Part shown: positions 14,524 to 32,100 of the stretch, piece after piece
How positions within the stretch are numbered: the stretch's first letter is position 1
Layout of the letters: every line of letters starts with the position of its first letter
Origin: Adineta vaga
Taxonomy: Eukaryota; Animalia; Rotifera
NCBI GenBank assembly: GCA_021613535.1
Contig: CP075492.1
Coordinates: forward strand, 9,920,001-9,984,000
Length of the DNA stretch: 64,000 nucleotides
Direction: 5' to 3'
Translations under genes and position numbers: made by a program
Notes under the pieces: model-generated
Database searches by the model: none
Seen by the model: the letters and a program-made list of their open reading frames with translations, nothing else
What the model was told of the DNA's origin: nothing

Positions 14524-14858
14524 TGTGTATGTCGGTAGAGAGTAGTCTGAATTGAGTTCTGATCATCGAAATAATCATCTCACTCATTGAACTTCATGTT
14601 GCTGACCACAGGCTTTCACAACTTTCTCAATGATAAGAGTATCTCAACGAATGTTGATCTTGTACTCGAATATTACCATTAAGAAAGACACTTCACGCCG
14701 GAAGCTTTCTGATCACCTGCCATACGTTAAACGCATGGAACCCTGCTAGAGTCTCGATTGGTCTTTATCTCAGACCTTCCCAAGGATAAAGATAGAAGAG
14801 TGACATTAAATTGCACTCGTTTGTAATCCCTGTGAGTAAGCTTCAACCTACATACACA
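14524..14858 (-). ncRNA. RPPH1: Nuclear RNase P RNA (RPPH1/RPR1 homolog)
   Basis: The minus strand has CCTTGGGAAGGTCTGAGA (CR-I/P4, matching human H1 RNA as I recall it), AGTTCAATG (CR-IV) and AACTCAATTCAGACTACTCTC (CR-V). The termini TGTGTATGTAGGT and ACCGACATACACA can pair as P1. Length is about 335 nt. Confidence 0.93.
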
Positions 14859-14883
14859 AAACTTATTCGTCCATATTTTCACC

Positions 14884-14890
14884 TTATATA
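14884..14890 (-). promoter_or_regulatory. TATA box of the RNase P RNA gene (type 3 Pol III promoter); PSE-like TCACC motifs lie further upstream at about 14915-14960
   Basis: TATATAA on the minus strand about 26 nt upstream of the predicted 5' end. Confidence 0.65.
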
Positions 14891-15664
14891 TTGAAATGTA
14901 TATGTACAAAGAAAAAGAACGGTGAATAACGTGAAGAAATGTTCGATAACGGGTGACACCTTTTCTCCTACTTATTTTGCTGAGAACGAATAGGAAGATT
15001 TTCATTTGTTTGATGATGATTGTTGATACAACACATTTGAAAAGATTTCCATGAGATCTTATCAAGTAAACAGTGAATGATGATGTGAAATATATTAGAT
15101 TGTTTTGATAAATCATCAAAACTTGCTTTAACATACACATGATTTATGCAATTTAATTGATACTGGAAAAATATACAAACGAATTCTGATTGAGAATATC
15201 ATGAAGTTTTTTCGCAATCTATCCCTAATTATTTGTTCGTTTTGTCGACATCAGTATGGCAATAAGTCAGGTTTGTTACATTCATTCTCTATCGATCAAT
15301 ATATAGATTCAACACATTAGCAGTACAGAATATATCTCATCATATGAGATTAAAAAAAATATTCTTTTTTTAATTTCATTGAAATCTATTACAATCATTG
15401 ATATAATGTCAATGAATTGATCATAGCAATTTTATTATTATAGTTGTTGATGAATCATGCCTTGTCTATCAGAGCCATCTGTCCAACTATTATCAAACTA
15501 CTATTCCATTTGTTCGCGTTGGCAAGTAATGGTAGACGTGCATGCAGCGCATGCAGTTAGTTGAGTGTATAAAGAGTGAATCAATTATAGTCAATTAACA
15601 AAGCTCATATTTCGAATTTGTTTCTACTGTTTCTCATTCAAAAAAGTTTTATTATTAATTTTAG

Positions 15665-17399
15665 ATGGCTGAAGTTCATTCATTTGGCAATTTACCTGTC
15701 ATTGCTCATGCTTGGAATCATGATCGGACACGTATGCATGTTTTTTTTAAAGTTTAATCTATATTGCATTCTTCTTTTTTGTTTTTTGTTCTATAGAAAT
15801 TGCCGTTTCTTTAGGCAAAAATGATATTCGTATCTATCATAAACAAGCAGGAAAATGGAAATTAACTCATACATTATGCGAACATTTATCTCGTGTTCTA
15901 GCTATTGATTGGGCACCGAAAACGAATCGCATTGTCACATCTAGTGCTGTAAGAATTCTTTCGTCGAATCATTAAGAAATAGTTTCTTCTTGTCTTCTTA
16001 GGATTATAATGCCTATGTTTGGACATATGAAAATGATACATGGAAACCGCAAATGGTTGAACTACAACGAACAAGTCGAGCTGTTGGTTGTGCAAAATGG
16101 TCACCGAATGGTAATAGATTAAAATACAATTCATTTTTCATATTCTGATTTTTCTCTCATTTGTAGAAAATAAATTTGCCATTGGTTCAAGTGATAAAAA
16201 TGTTGCGATATGTTATTATGAAACTGAACAACGATTTTGGGCAGCTGAAATGATTAAGAAAAAACCAAAATCAACGGTTACTTGTCTTGCATGGCATCCA
16301 AATAATCAGCTTATTGCTGTTGGCAGTTGTGATTATCGTGTACGAATTTATTCTGCACTTATCAAAGCAGTGGATGATCAAGCACAAACATCTGCGTGGG
16401 GAAAAATTGCAAATACAGGAGAGCTTTTACATGAATTTCAATCTGGTACAACTTCATTTTTATTTTCATTGATAACTATTTATGAATTTAGAATCGGGTT
16501 GGATTCATGATGTGGCCTTTTCACCATCAGGTGACAATCTTGCATGGGTATCGCATAATTCCATTATCTTTGCCGTTTCATCTAATGATCCGACTCGGTT
16601 TGTTTTATTTCAACTACTTTTATTCAATATATTGATTTATTATTTTAGTACGACAATGGAAATTACAAATTATTTACCATTTCGTTGTATCATTTTCGTT
16701 ACGGAATCAACATTCATTGTTGGCGTAAACGGAGAGATGACTGATTTAAATTCGAAAAATAAAATGAATTTATTTTCTATTTTAGGGTCATGAATTTTCA
16801 CCATTGATTTACAATTATGATAGTCGACGAGGAGCGATTGAATTTGCAGAAAAACTCGATCAACAAGGCGTAACTACTAACCGACAAACAATTGGGTATG
16901 AATCTTCAATATTCGATTCATTTTCGTTTTCATACTATTTTCCTTCAGAGAAGAAAACGAATTTTATACGCCATATCAGGCTTCGTATGAAAGAGTTTGC
17001 AGTGAAACTTGTTTTTGCATGTAGTTTTTCGAGTCTCGATTTGAATAGAGATTGGTTTGCAGTGTTCATGATGAAAAGGATACATAGTCTATTTGATATT
17101 TTCTTCTTAGCCGTCTTTTCGATCAACCATCGATGCAAACTCAAACACCGGAACCTGTCACAACACATCAAAGCATGATTACGTAAATATCTTGCGAACT
17201 TCTTTTCTTTTCTTATTTCAATTTGATGTTTATAGACAAATTGTACCTTATGAAACTGAAAGAACTAATTTGGTTAAAATAAGTTCTGCGGATTTATTTG
17301 GTCAAGTTGTCATTTGGAATTTAAGTGGCAAGGTAAATTAATCTATTCAAATATTTCATATATTTAATTTTGATTTTTATCTAGAAAATAAAAAACTAA
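15665..17399 (+). CDS. ARPC1: Arp2/3 complex subunit 1 (p41, WD40), multi-exon
   Basis: MAEVHSFGNLPVIAHAWNHDRT, IDWAPKTNRIVT, KSTVTCLAWHPNNQLIAVGSCDYRVRIYSA, GWIHDVAFSPSGDNLAWVSHNS. Confidence 0.93.
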
Positions 17400-18307
17400 A
17401 TCATTTTTAATCAATATCGAACAAATTCTTTTCTTTGGCTTGAGCTTGATAGTGTTTGTGTGTGTTTTTCTTTATTATAATTATTGTCCAAGATTCGCAC
17501 TTAATCCGCTGATTGTGCAATCATGCATGTGTTCGTATTTTTCTATGAAATTTGTCTGTGTTCTTGAAGATTTCCTTTCGTTCTTTCTCTTTTTTAATCT
17601 GTTATCTTCGATTTGACTTTGCTGTTTGTCATTTAACAATAATTCTTCCACGAATACAAAGAAATAGAAACATGTTTATTGAATATTTAATAAAAATAAA
17701 GTTTATGATTAAATTTCTTCATTCTCTTTTCAGAAAAATACAAATCTATAGTTAAATCCGTACTCATTAACCGAAGTAAGTTTTGATCCTTGACATTTTT
17801 AAAGCATTACACGAATGAAATACGTTTTCTTTAATTACACAACTAATTATCATCATCATCTGTATGTTTTGATAGGAAACAAATATGAAGTGTTTAACTT
17901 TCATGAACACTTGACTGAATTACAACGCATATATTTTCTTTGTTTTTTTTCTAATCAAATTAATACGCAGGAATGACTAGACGCATGTTTTTCTTCTTCT
18001 GTCAATATTACTTTTAACATAAAAATAAAACGACAAGGTTATACACTCAAACCATATCCTATTTGTAATTCTGTTCTTTTTTCCCTGCATTATACTTGAC
18101 TGTCGAAAAACGAACCGACAGATTTGGTATGTTATATGCAACAGATTTCTGAATTTTGAATATACGATGAAAACTAATCGTATTTATTTATTTATTTTTA
18201 GATGAATCAACGATTTTTTTCTTTTAATGAATATTTGATTTCTTTTATTAAGCAGTGATTTTTTCCTATATATATATATATAACTCAACTATTAGATATT
18301 CCTCATC

Positions 18308-22011
<3,704 letters not shown>

Positions 22012-22307
22012 TAACATAGATATCGTATCTTCTTCGTCTTATTTTTTCGAAACAAAAAACACCCAATTTTCTCACCGTATTTAATACATATCTAATGACA
22101 TTTTACAAATTGTAAATTGGTCATTATTCGACTTGTTTTTCTTTAATTTATTTAAACTTTTATTGTTACTTTTCTGTCCTATATCTGTTAAATCATTTTT
22201 TTTTGCAAAAAAGAAATTAACAAAAACACAACAAATGAATTATCTGACATTTATTCGAAATACTAGATTAAAGTACAAAGAAAACAATAGACTAACAAAT
22301 GGAATGT

Positions 22308-24366
22308 TTAAAACAATTGAATAAAGATAAGAAAGAATAAAATATGGAATGGAGAATAGTGTGGAAATAATTGATTGCTCGAAGATAGTTGAGTATAAAT
22401 TCGTTTACATCCTTTATTATCTCGATGAGTAATAAATTGTTGACAGTCAGGTGTTTCTAAAAGAAAATAACAAATTAAATGAAATAGAAAATTAAATAAA
22501 CTTACGATAAAGTGTAATACGTCCGTATTCGGGAGGAAAATCAGGTGAAGTTGCATTGATATAATAATGTCCGAGATCGGCTTGTTCAACATTGATAATA
22601 GTCAATCGTGATAGAATACAATCAGTACAAATGGACATTTCTGGAATGGTAGCTTCGATTAAATATTTTTGTGAATTCCAAATATCAGTATCATATTTCA
22701 TATTAGGAAGGCCAGCACTTCGTTCCTTTCGCCAGCTTTAAATAAAAAAGAAAATAAAAAAAATTGCAACGATGATATAAAATGAAACTCTTGATTTTTA
22801 CGAAATTTTTGGAGTTGGATAACCATAAACGTAGCATTCCATATAAACATCGACTTGAAAATCAGTTGCTTGACCCACTTCACGTTGACAGTAAATGTAT
22901 GGACGAACTAAATAGATGAGTAATAAAGTTGTACTAGATTGAGATTTATTCAAAGCTTACATCGCACTGAAAGCTTCAATGTCCATTCACTACCAAAGCC
23001 AACTAAATTACTAGCTGTAAAAAAAAATATAAGAATACTTTGTTTAACTCAATCATGTATAGTTTTCATACCAAGACATTTATAAATTCCTGTATCACGA
23101 CTTGTTACACGATAGAGATTTAGTTGTGAACCCTATTATGAGAAGTGATTAGTCAATTCGAATAGATTATATCTTGTAACCTACCACTTGACGAATGTAA
23201 CCTGATGAAAGAGGACGTGCATCTGCTTTTTGCCATTCAATTTTTGGAGTTGGATATCCTAAAGAAATATAATCGATGAAATTCAGTCAATTGTTAATCA
23301 AAAATTGAAAATTTACCTTGCGCATTACAAATCAATGTAACAGAATCACCTTCTTTTACTTCAATATCTTTTGTTGATGATTCCAAAACGACAGGTTCGC
23401 CTAGATTTATATTCGTTTATAGTCTAATCAATCTCATACAACAATTTACTTACTAATCACATTTAAAAATCGTGTTAAATACACATCACGTAGATTCGTA
23501 TCAGTTAAACGACCTAAACAGTTTAATTCTTACAAGAATATATCTTCGAAATATATTTACATGTTAAATTTCCAATATCATCACGATCGAGTGGATCAAA
23601 AATTAAATACCAATCCGGTGAATCTGTACCATGTATTGCTTGTAGACGAGGAACAGGTTGATTAAATTGTAAAACATCTGAATCAACAGCTAATGTAAAG
23701 TTTTTTCCATCATTAAATCGCTCCAATGACCATTCAACCTATTTGAAACGAGAATAATTAACGAGATGAAATAATATTACTTTAAAATAGAAGAAAAAGA
23801 AAGAATTCAAGTGAAAAGTGATTACGATGACGTGAAAGAAGATCTCGAATTGTCGAGAATCGATGGAATCAGACATCCTTCCTTCCACGTTTAATCAGAT
23901 GAATATAGAACGTGTAAAAAAGAATGTTATTTTTTTTGTTGTTGACACACGAATGTTTGCGATCTTTAGAATAAAATCATACCAATACGTTGACGAGAAC
24001 ATTTTCTAATTATACATGCTAAGAAGACTATAATACTTATTTAATTATCATACAACGCGACATAAATTAATATCGAGTAAGTCGAAGATTTTCTCAAATA
24101 ACAAATGATTTGATTTGGAACATACGTGTCGTTTATCACTCGGTGTTAAACCAACAAGAGTACATTTCGCCACTAATCTTTCACCAGCACGTGGTGCAAT
24201 TGGATCAAAGATTATGCCATCTTTATCTCGCATGTCGAATCGTGGCATTGTTTCGGCATAGATTGATGAAATTGATAGACATATTAAGTACACTAATTAA
24301 GAATCAATAAATGACATTTGTATAGAAGAAAAGATTTTTACCGGAAAACTTCCATTTTGTTTTCAT
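22308..24366 (-). CDS. Three-Ig-domain cell adhesion protein (lachesin/amalgam/DIP/IgLON-like), probably GPI-anchored
   Basis: Spliced exons give a signal peptide, Ig1 (AKC..VEW..DDIGNLTC), Ig2 (VTLICNAQGYPTPKIEW..DTGIYKC), Ig3 (MECYVYGYPTPKI..LTIINVEQADLGHY) and a hydrophobic C-terminus. Confidence 0.8.
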
Positions 24367-24716
24367 GTTTTCGTCAAAAAACAAGGTGAGATTTCTTTTT
24401 CTGCGATTGACACTCTAGTTGTCCTCAAAAATGGACAAAGGATGACCGATTGATTGACCAATGACTAAACGGTCAAACTTTTATTTGTTCATAAACAATA
24501 GAAATTTTATTTTAATTTTTCATATTCTTTTAATTTTTAAGAAAAAAAGTAACATTCATATTAAATTCACACAATTTGAACGACATCTATCCTTGACATT
24601 TCATTGGTTATTTGAATTAACTTATCCATCGATTTTACATCTTCATAATTTCATATTCATAGTAAAAGTGAAAAAAAAGAACGATTCATTAACAGTCCTT
24701 CTAAAACTCTCAACAA

Positions 24717-26417
24717 ATGGCACTTTATCAAAAAACGTAGGCGTTTAGTTCAATAAAAATCTAAATGTATGAAAATGTTTTTCAGACTCGAGCAATTTGA
24801 AACATTACTTAAATGTGATATGATTGATATAAAACAACTTAAAGTTCTTGCATTTAATGGTAATCATTTTCTTCAACGATGTTCAGCAGTTTAGTTTTTC
24901 TCTACCAGGTTGTCCTGCAGAAAATGGTATTCGTAGTTTAACTTGGAAGGTATACTTCTTAAACTCATTTTTTTAAATAAACTTTTGTTTTTGATCGATT
25001 AGGTTTTGCTCAATTATCTTGTTCTCGATCGGACTAAATGGTTATCGCATCTAACTAAACAAAGGTAAAGGATTTTTTTACGATAATTATAAATATAGTC
25101 AACTTTCTTCTCAAGGGAATTGTATCGTGGATATATTCGTGAAACGATTATAAAACCAGGTTTAAATCCAACAACAGAATCTGAAGTCGTTGATCATGTA
25201 AGTTTGATGATGACAAAATCAATTTGAATATCATATGTATTCTTTTAGCCATTAAATTCTGCACCGGATAGTTCATGGGCTGTTTATTTTAAAGAAAATG
25301 AAGTTTTACTACAAATTGATAAAGATGTTCGGTTCGTTTGTATTCTTTGCTTTTGTTCAATGTCAATGAAATATTTTATTTCGTTGTTTATAGACGTTTA
25401 TGTCCTGATTTATCATTTTTTCAACGTGAAACAGATTATCCATGTGCAGAAATCTTAAATCAAGAAGCTGGTTTTGAAAGTTTACGTAAACGTATTGTTT
25501 CAACTGCTCTCAAAGTTGAATCTCAATGTCGATCACGTTTAACGGGTCGATTAGAATTTGAATATCAAAATAAAAAACCTTCATCCTCAACAACATTTGA
25601 TGATAATGAATATCAATTATTACCTGATGGCCATGAAGCTCATTGGGAAGTTGTTGAAAGAATTTTATTTGTCTTTTCAAAATTAAATTCAGGACAAAGT
25701 TATGTACAAGGAATGAATGAAATTATTGGACCAATTTATTATACATTTGCAACTGATCCAAATCCAGAATGGAGAGGTTCGTAAAACTAAACTTAACCAG
25801 ATACTTGTCAGGATTTTACATATACTTGAGGTTTTTTTTCTATTTAGAACATGCTGAAGCTGATGCATTTTATTGTTTTACTAATTTAATGATTCATATT
25901 CGTGACAATTTTATGAAAATCTATGATCATTCCGAATTCGGTATACTTGTTCGTATGCAGAGACTTTTGATGTTATTAAAAAAGACTGAACCAGATATTT
26001 ATTATTTATTTGAAAAACAAAAAATTAAACCAGAATTTTATGCATTTCGTTGGTTAACATTATTATTATCTCAAGAGTTTCGTTTACCGGATGTTATACG
26101 TATTTGGGATTCATTATTTTCTGATCAAGAAAGAAATTTTGAATTTCTTCTCTATATCTGCTTGTGCTATGATTGTGTACGTATATAATCATTGAAATAA
26201 TTTCATTACAGTTTATTTTGTTTTTTTTAGTCTTCAACGAAATCGATTATCAACTGGATCAGAATCACAAAATATCAAATTATTACAAGTTAGATTATGA
26301 AAATTTTGTTATCACGAAAATAATAAATTTGTTTTGCTTTAGAATTATCCTCAAGATGTCGATATTTATCAAATCTTAGAAAAAGCCGTTGAACTTAAAC
26401 GTCTCTATCGTATATAA
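24717..26417 (+). CDS. TBC1D13: TBC-domain Rab GAP, TBC1D13-like
   Basis: QIDKDVRRLCPDLSFFQ, EAHWEVVERILF, YVQGMNEIIGPIYY, AEADAFYCFTNLM, FRWLTLLLSQEF. There is an apparent +1 indel near 26162. Confidence 0.92.
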
Positions 26418-26772
26418 TGAAATTTCTTGTTCTCTACCACAGTATCGTAATTGTCAAGTGTCTGTATAAAGTCTTTGTTTTCTGTTCAGATAGAATATTT
26501 ATTTCTTATTTTATTAATCATTCGACATAAGAGAGTCTTCTTTGTTTATTTGTGACGTGCAATCAATATAGAGAACGTGGATCTGTGTTGTTATTTCTTC
26601 TTTGTGATTATCTCATACATTCTTGAATTTTGTTTTGTAAGTTTTATCAGATATAAATTCTAATAAAAGAAATCTCGAGAGTATCAATGAAAAGATTACT
26701 TGAATGTGTTAGAATTTGTATGACACATATTTATCGAAACAATCCACATCTCGATTTTAATTATGATTTTAG

Positions 26773-28546
26773 ATGGCTTCATTAGCAACAACAAATGAAA
26801 ATGATTATACGATTGCAATTGATCAAATCAAAGCATGAGATTTGAAAAGTTTTTGTTGGTGATAATATGTTTATTATTGTTGTTCTAGGGTCGACAAATA
26901 ATTGCTAGACGACATTATCAATTAGGCGAATTGATATTCGAAGAACAACCACTTGTTTTAGCACAATTCGAATGGAATAAACTCTATAAATATTCAGTAT
27001 TTAATTGATGAAAAGAACGATGATCAAACGTTTAAATAAGATATTTTCTTCTAGGCATGTGAATATTGTTTATATCCATTGGAATCTTGTGAACAAAATG
27101 TTCGCCGTCTTTGTCAAGATTCATCGATTGTTATACCACATCATGAATGTGATCCAAATCAATCAATCAATCAACGAATTTTTCGATGTCCGAAATGCAA
27201 TGTTAGATTTAAAAGATTGAAGAATTGATGTTTCAAATATATTATTTGTAGGAAATGTATTGTTCAACAGGATGTTATCAACAAGCAATGAATAATTATC
27301 ATTCCATACTCTGTCAATCGGATGAAAATGATAGTAAAGTTCATTTAATTCGACATATTATTGATTTATGGAGGTAGAACGAAAGAATTGTTTTTTTCTC
27401 TCTTAATAATTACGATACATTAGATCGGCACATCCTCCACCGGAAACAACATCGATTTCACTTGTTCTAAAACTAATGGCTATGCTTAAACAGGTAATAT
27501 ACTAACTAAAATAATGATTTCAATTAAGAAATGTTTGTTTTTCTTTCTAGAGTAATAATCGTTTATTACTTCTTCAAGAACTTCAAAAATTTTCTCAAGG
27601 TGTTCAGAGTGAAAATCAAAGATTCTATCATAAATTATTACGAAAGGAATTTCAAGTATACTTATGTTATATCTTTCGTTTTCTTTTCAAAAGAAATATT
27701 TCTTTTCTTCTAGTCTCAAGTTGAACAATTGAGACAAGCGTTAGATAATTTCAATGAACAGTATATGCAAATATCAGAATTTAAATGGTTTCTTACTCCA
27801 GATGGTTTTCGACAATTATTAGCTTTACTTGGACGAAATCAACAGGGTATTGGAACAAGTCCACTTGCTGTTTGGATGAAAAATTCTGAAAAATTATCTT
27901 CACCATCACAAGCAGCTGCTAGTAGTGATATGTCACAGTTAATCGATGCGATTTATACAAAAATTGATGATGGTAAAATAACGAAAGGAAACTTTGTTTT
28001 TTTTAAAGTATTTTTTGATTGTTCGTATAGTTTCCGGTGAATTTATCGATTGTGAAGGAAGTGGATTATTTAAATTACAAAGTTGTCGTAAGTGTCATCG
28101 TGAAAATTAATGATATCGACATTTAGTTCTTCTCTTTAGTCAATCATAGTTGTGATGCTAATGCAGAAATACAATATCGACATAATAATTCTACATTATC
28201 TGTTGTTGCAACTCGATCGATATCGACTAATGAAGTTTGTTGATTTTGAAAAATAAACGAGAAAGAAAATGTATAATTGTTTTTATAGGAAATTACCATT
28301 AATTATTTATCTGAATGTGATCGAAATCGATCAAGACATTCAAGACAAAAACTTCTTCAGTATGTAACGAAACTAAACAACCAATTTTGTAAGAGAATAG
28401 AATCTCAAGATGATTTGCTTCTTTGTTCTAGGGAAAACTATTTGTTTTTATGTCAGTGCAATCGATGTGTATCCGAAGCTGCAGAACCCGATGAAACCAG
28501 TGAAGAAGAAGATGATGATGATGAAAATGAAATGGATGAAAATTAA
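26773..28546 (+). CDS. SMYD5: SET and MYND domain lysine methyltransferase SMYD5
   Basis: [75 protein letters not shown] and an acidic tail. Confidence 0.93.
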
Positions 28547-29175
28547 ATTGTTATATTTTGTTTTTCTTGTTATGAAAAAATAAAATTGACAACAGACATA
28601 TTTGCGTTTTTCAAAGTTATCCATTCGATTTGAGAAATATGGATGTGAATGACAGAATAAGCATTGTTTTTGCCCTTGCCCATCCCACATCCGCACCCAT
28701 CGTTATTGGTGAGAAACAGATGAAATATTTTATTCAGCTGAAAAGATGGTATAAAAAGCATGTTATTAACAATAATTACAAATACATTGGACAGGGTATT
28801 GTATTTTATTGTTGGTGTAAACTCGTTATTTGATTGATTCAAACTTTATATAGGGAGGAAGCCAATTGCCTTTGGTTAGTCAGTGTGCATATTCGAAATC
28901 TGAACTCTTGACCGTTGTATTTATCTACATAGCACGCCATCTATCTCTAGGCATTTTTCATTGGTTAACCTTGTGATTATTAGAGAAGAAAGTGAGCAAC
29001 CATCATTCGTTCGTTTCAGACAGAAAAAACCAAAATGCATATAGGCAAGCAAATTTTGCATGACCAATTGAACAAAATATAACTGAACTATAACTGTTCG
29101 TTTTTTCTTCTAGATTTTGTTTTTCATATAATGTAGAATTATAAAATAAATTATTTAGAAAAATAACGTCCAATA

Positions 29176-32100
29176 ATGATGAATCAAACGACATTATCTT
29201 CACAACAACCACAAACAGTTTACATGTCAAATTCTGGTGTGACAGATTCGAATCTTTCAAATTCTTCATCATCACCTATGACAATGAATTCTACTCAATT
29301 AAATTTATTTAATCATCAAATTCATGCTTATAAATATCTTGTTCGAAATCAAACTGTACCCGAACAACATCTTACAGTCATTAAACGAGGTCAACAACAA
29401 ACACAATTCTATCCACCAAATGCTGTTATTTCTAAACAATCACCTATTCCAACAGCTGATTCTCGATTCAATTCACCGACTATTAATACAATTAAACCAT
29501 CTATCAATGGTACGACGCCACGTTTTCCACCAATACAAACATATTATTCACCAGTGCAAGTTAATGGTACACATAATTATCAAATCGGAACTGTTCAAGC
29601 TTCTACAAATATAATTAATCAAACGCCATCGATAACTGAGAATGTTCTAACAAATGTATCAAGTGTACCACTTAACAATAATTCTACGCTAAATTCTACA
29701 ACAACAACAGCAGCAGCATCTCGTTCAACTAATCTTCGTTTAACACCAGTTCAAAAGCCATCTGGTGTAGATATGCAAGAAATTATTGTTGAACGTGATC
29801 TTCGTATTCAACATGATATCGTTGTTCGAATAAGTGAATTAGAAAATTATTTGCCAACTTTAATTCAAACTGATCTACGAATGAGAGCCATGATTGAACT
29901 CAAAGCACTTAAACTATTAAATTTTCAAAGACAGGTTCGTATTACTTTTGAAATAATAAATTCTATGATTTCTAATTTAATTTAATTTAATTTTCTTAGC
30001 TTCGAACTGAAGTCGTCACATGCATGCGTACAGATTCCAGTCTTGAGACAGGTAACAATCCCCGGTTATACAAACGTTCGAAACCATTCGGTATGCGTGA
30101 AGCACGTGCAACAGAAAAATTAGAAAAACAACAACGAGCTGAAATTGATCGTAAACGTCGACAAAAACATCAAGAATATCTTAATGCTATATTAACTGTT
30201 GCTCGTGAATTTAAAGAATTTCATAAATCTGTTCAATTAAAAAACAATAAATTAGCTCGATCAATACTTTCTTGGCATCAAAATACGGAACGTGAACAAA
30301 AGAAAGAACAAGAAAAACGTGAACGTGAACGTATGCGTCGTTTAATGAATGAAGATGAAGATGGTTATCGAAAACTTATTGATGAAAAGAAAGATAAACG
30401 TTTAGCTTATTTATTATCACAAACAGATGCCTATATAATAAGTTTAGTGAATCTTGTTAAAGAACATCAAGATGATTTGAAGAAGAAAAAAATGGAAAAG
30501 AAACAAACTTTCATTGAAGATGATCCTCAAACAAATGATGATTCAAATTATTTACGTGTTAAAGTTAAAAATTCAACAACTGGTGAAATTAAAGAAGGAC
30601 AAGATGCACCATTATCAACAGAATTAGATGTTTGGTTAGAAAAAATCCGGGTTGGCAGCCATTACCAAGAGATGCAAGTGATGATGAAGATGATGATACA
30701 TCACGTTTACCAGAAACAACAACTACTATTGCAGCACCAACACCTGAAGAACACGAAAAAGGTGTTGTTGAAGATGAAGGTGTTGTTAAAGAAGTTATAA
30801 CAAAAGCCAAACAAACAACAGATGATGATGAATATCATACATCATCATTGGATTCATATTATGCTGTTGCACATCGAGTTCGAGAACGTGTAGTAAAACA
30901 ATCAACATTACTTATTGGTGGATCATTGAAGCCATATCAAATCCAAGGTTTAGAATGGCTTGTTTCATTATATAATAATAATCTTAATGGTATTCTTGCT
31001 GATGAAATGGGTCTTGGAAAGGTACGCGCTTTTTTATTTAAATAAACATATTGATTGATTGATTGATTTTATTTAGACAATTCAAACAATTGGTCTTATA
31101 ACATACTTAATGGAAGTAAAAAAAGTCAATGGACCCTATTTGATTATTGTACCATTATCGTAAGTTGTTATAAAAAAAAATCATTTTAGTTGATTTCTTA
31201 TGTATCTGTCTTTAGTACATTGGCCAATTGGGTTAATGAATTTGGTAAATGGGCACCAGCTGTTTGCACAATTATCTTTAAAGGTAATCCTCAGATACGT
31301 AAAACTCTCGGTCAAACTTTACGAAATGGAAAATTTAATGTTCTTCTAACAACTTATGAATATGTTATTAAAGACAAAGCACTTCTAGCGAAAATCAAAT
31401 GGCGTTATATGATCATCGAGTTCGTTGCACAAGTTTTTCTTTCCTTAATTTCTATCGTTTGTCTTCTTCTTCTTGTTTTTAGTGAAGGTCATCGGATGAA
31501 AAATCATCATTGTAAATTAACTCAAGTACTAAACACTTATTATATTGCTCCTCATCGTCTGTTATTAACTGGTACACCATTACAAAATAAATTACCAGAA
31601 TTATGGGCTTTATTAAATTTTCTTTTACCATCTATCTTTAAATCATGTACAACATTTGAACAATGGTTCAATGCACCATTTGCTACAACATGTGAAAAAG
31701 TTGAATTAAATCCTGAAGAAACATTACTTATTATTCGACGTTTACATAAAGTTTTACGCCCATTTCTTCTGCGTCGATTGAAAAAAGAAGTTGAATCACA
31801 ATTACCCGACAAGGTAAAGAAACGAAGATAGAAAACAAAAAGTGAACCAATTGTGATTAATTTAGATTGAATATGTAATCAAATGTGATATGTCGGCTTT
31901 ACAAAGAGTTATGTATACTCATATGCAAACCAGTGGTATACTTTTAACAGAAGATAAAGTAATCAAAGAAAAGATTTTCGATTTGAGAAATATTTATTTT
32001 TGTTGTTTATTCATTAAGAATGGTAAACCAAGTAATCCAAAAGCTTTAATGAATACTATCATGCAATTACGTAAAATATGTAATCATCCATTTATGTTTA

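Noticed and set aside
14727-15140. 137 aa minus-strand ORF and a nearby open frame of about 64 codons
   Set aside because: The ORF overlaps the RNase P RNA and its promoter, and neither frame has a recognisable protein motif.
28570-28842. GC-richer patch (cccttgcccatcccacatccgcaccc) and short ORFs between SMYD5 and SMARCA
   Set aside because: No recognisable RNA or protein motif, and it is not a tandem telomeric array.
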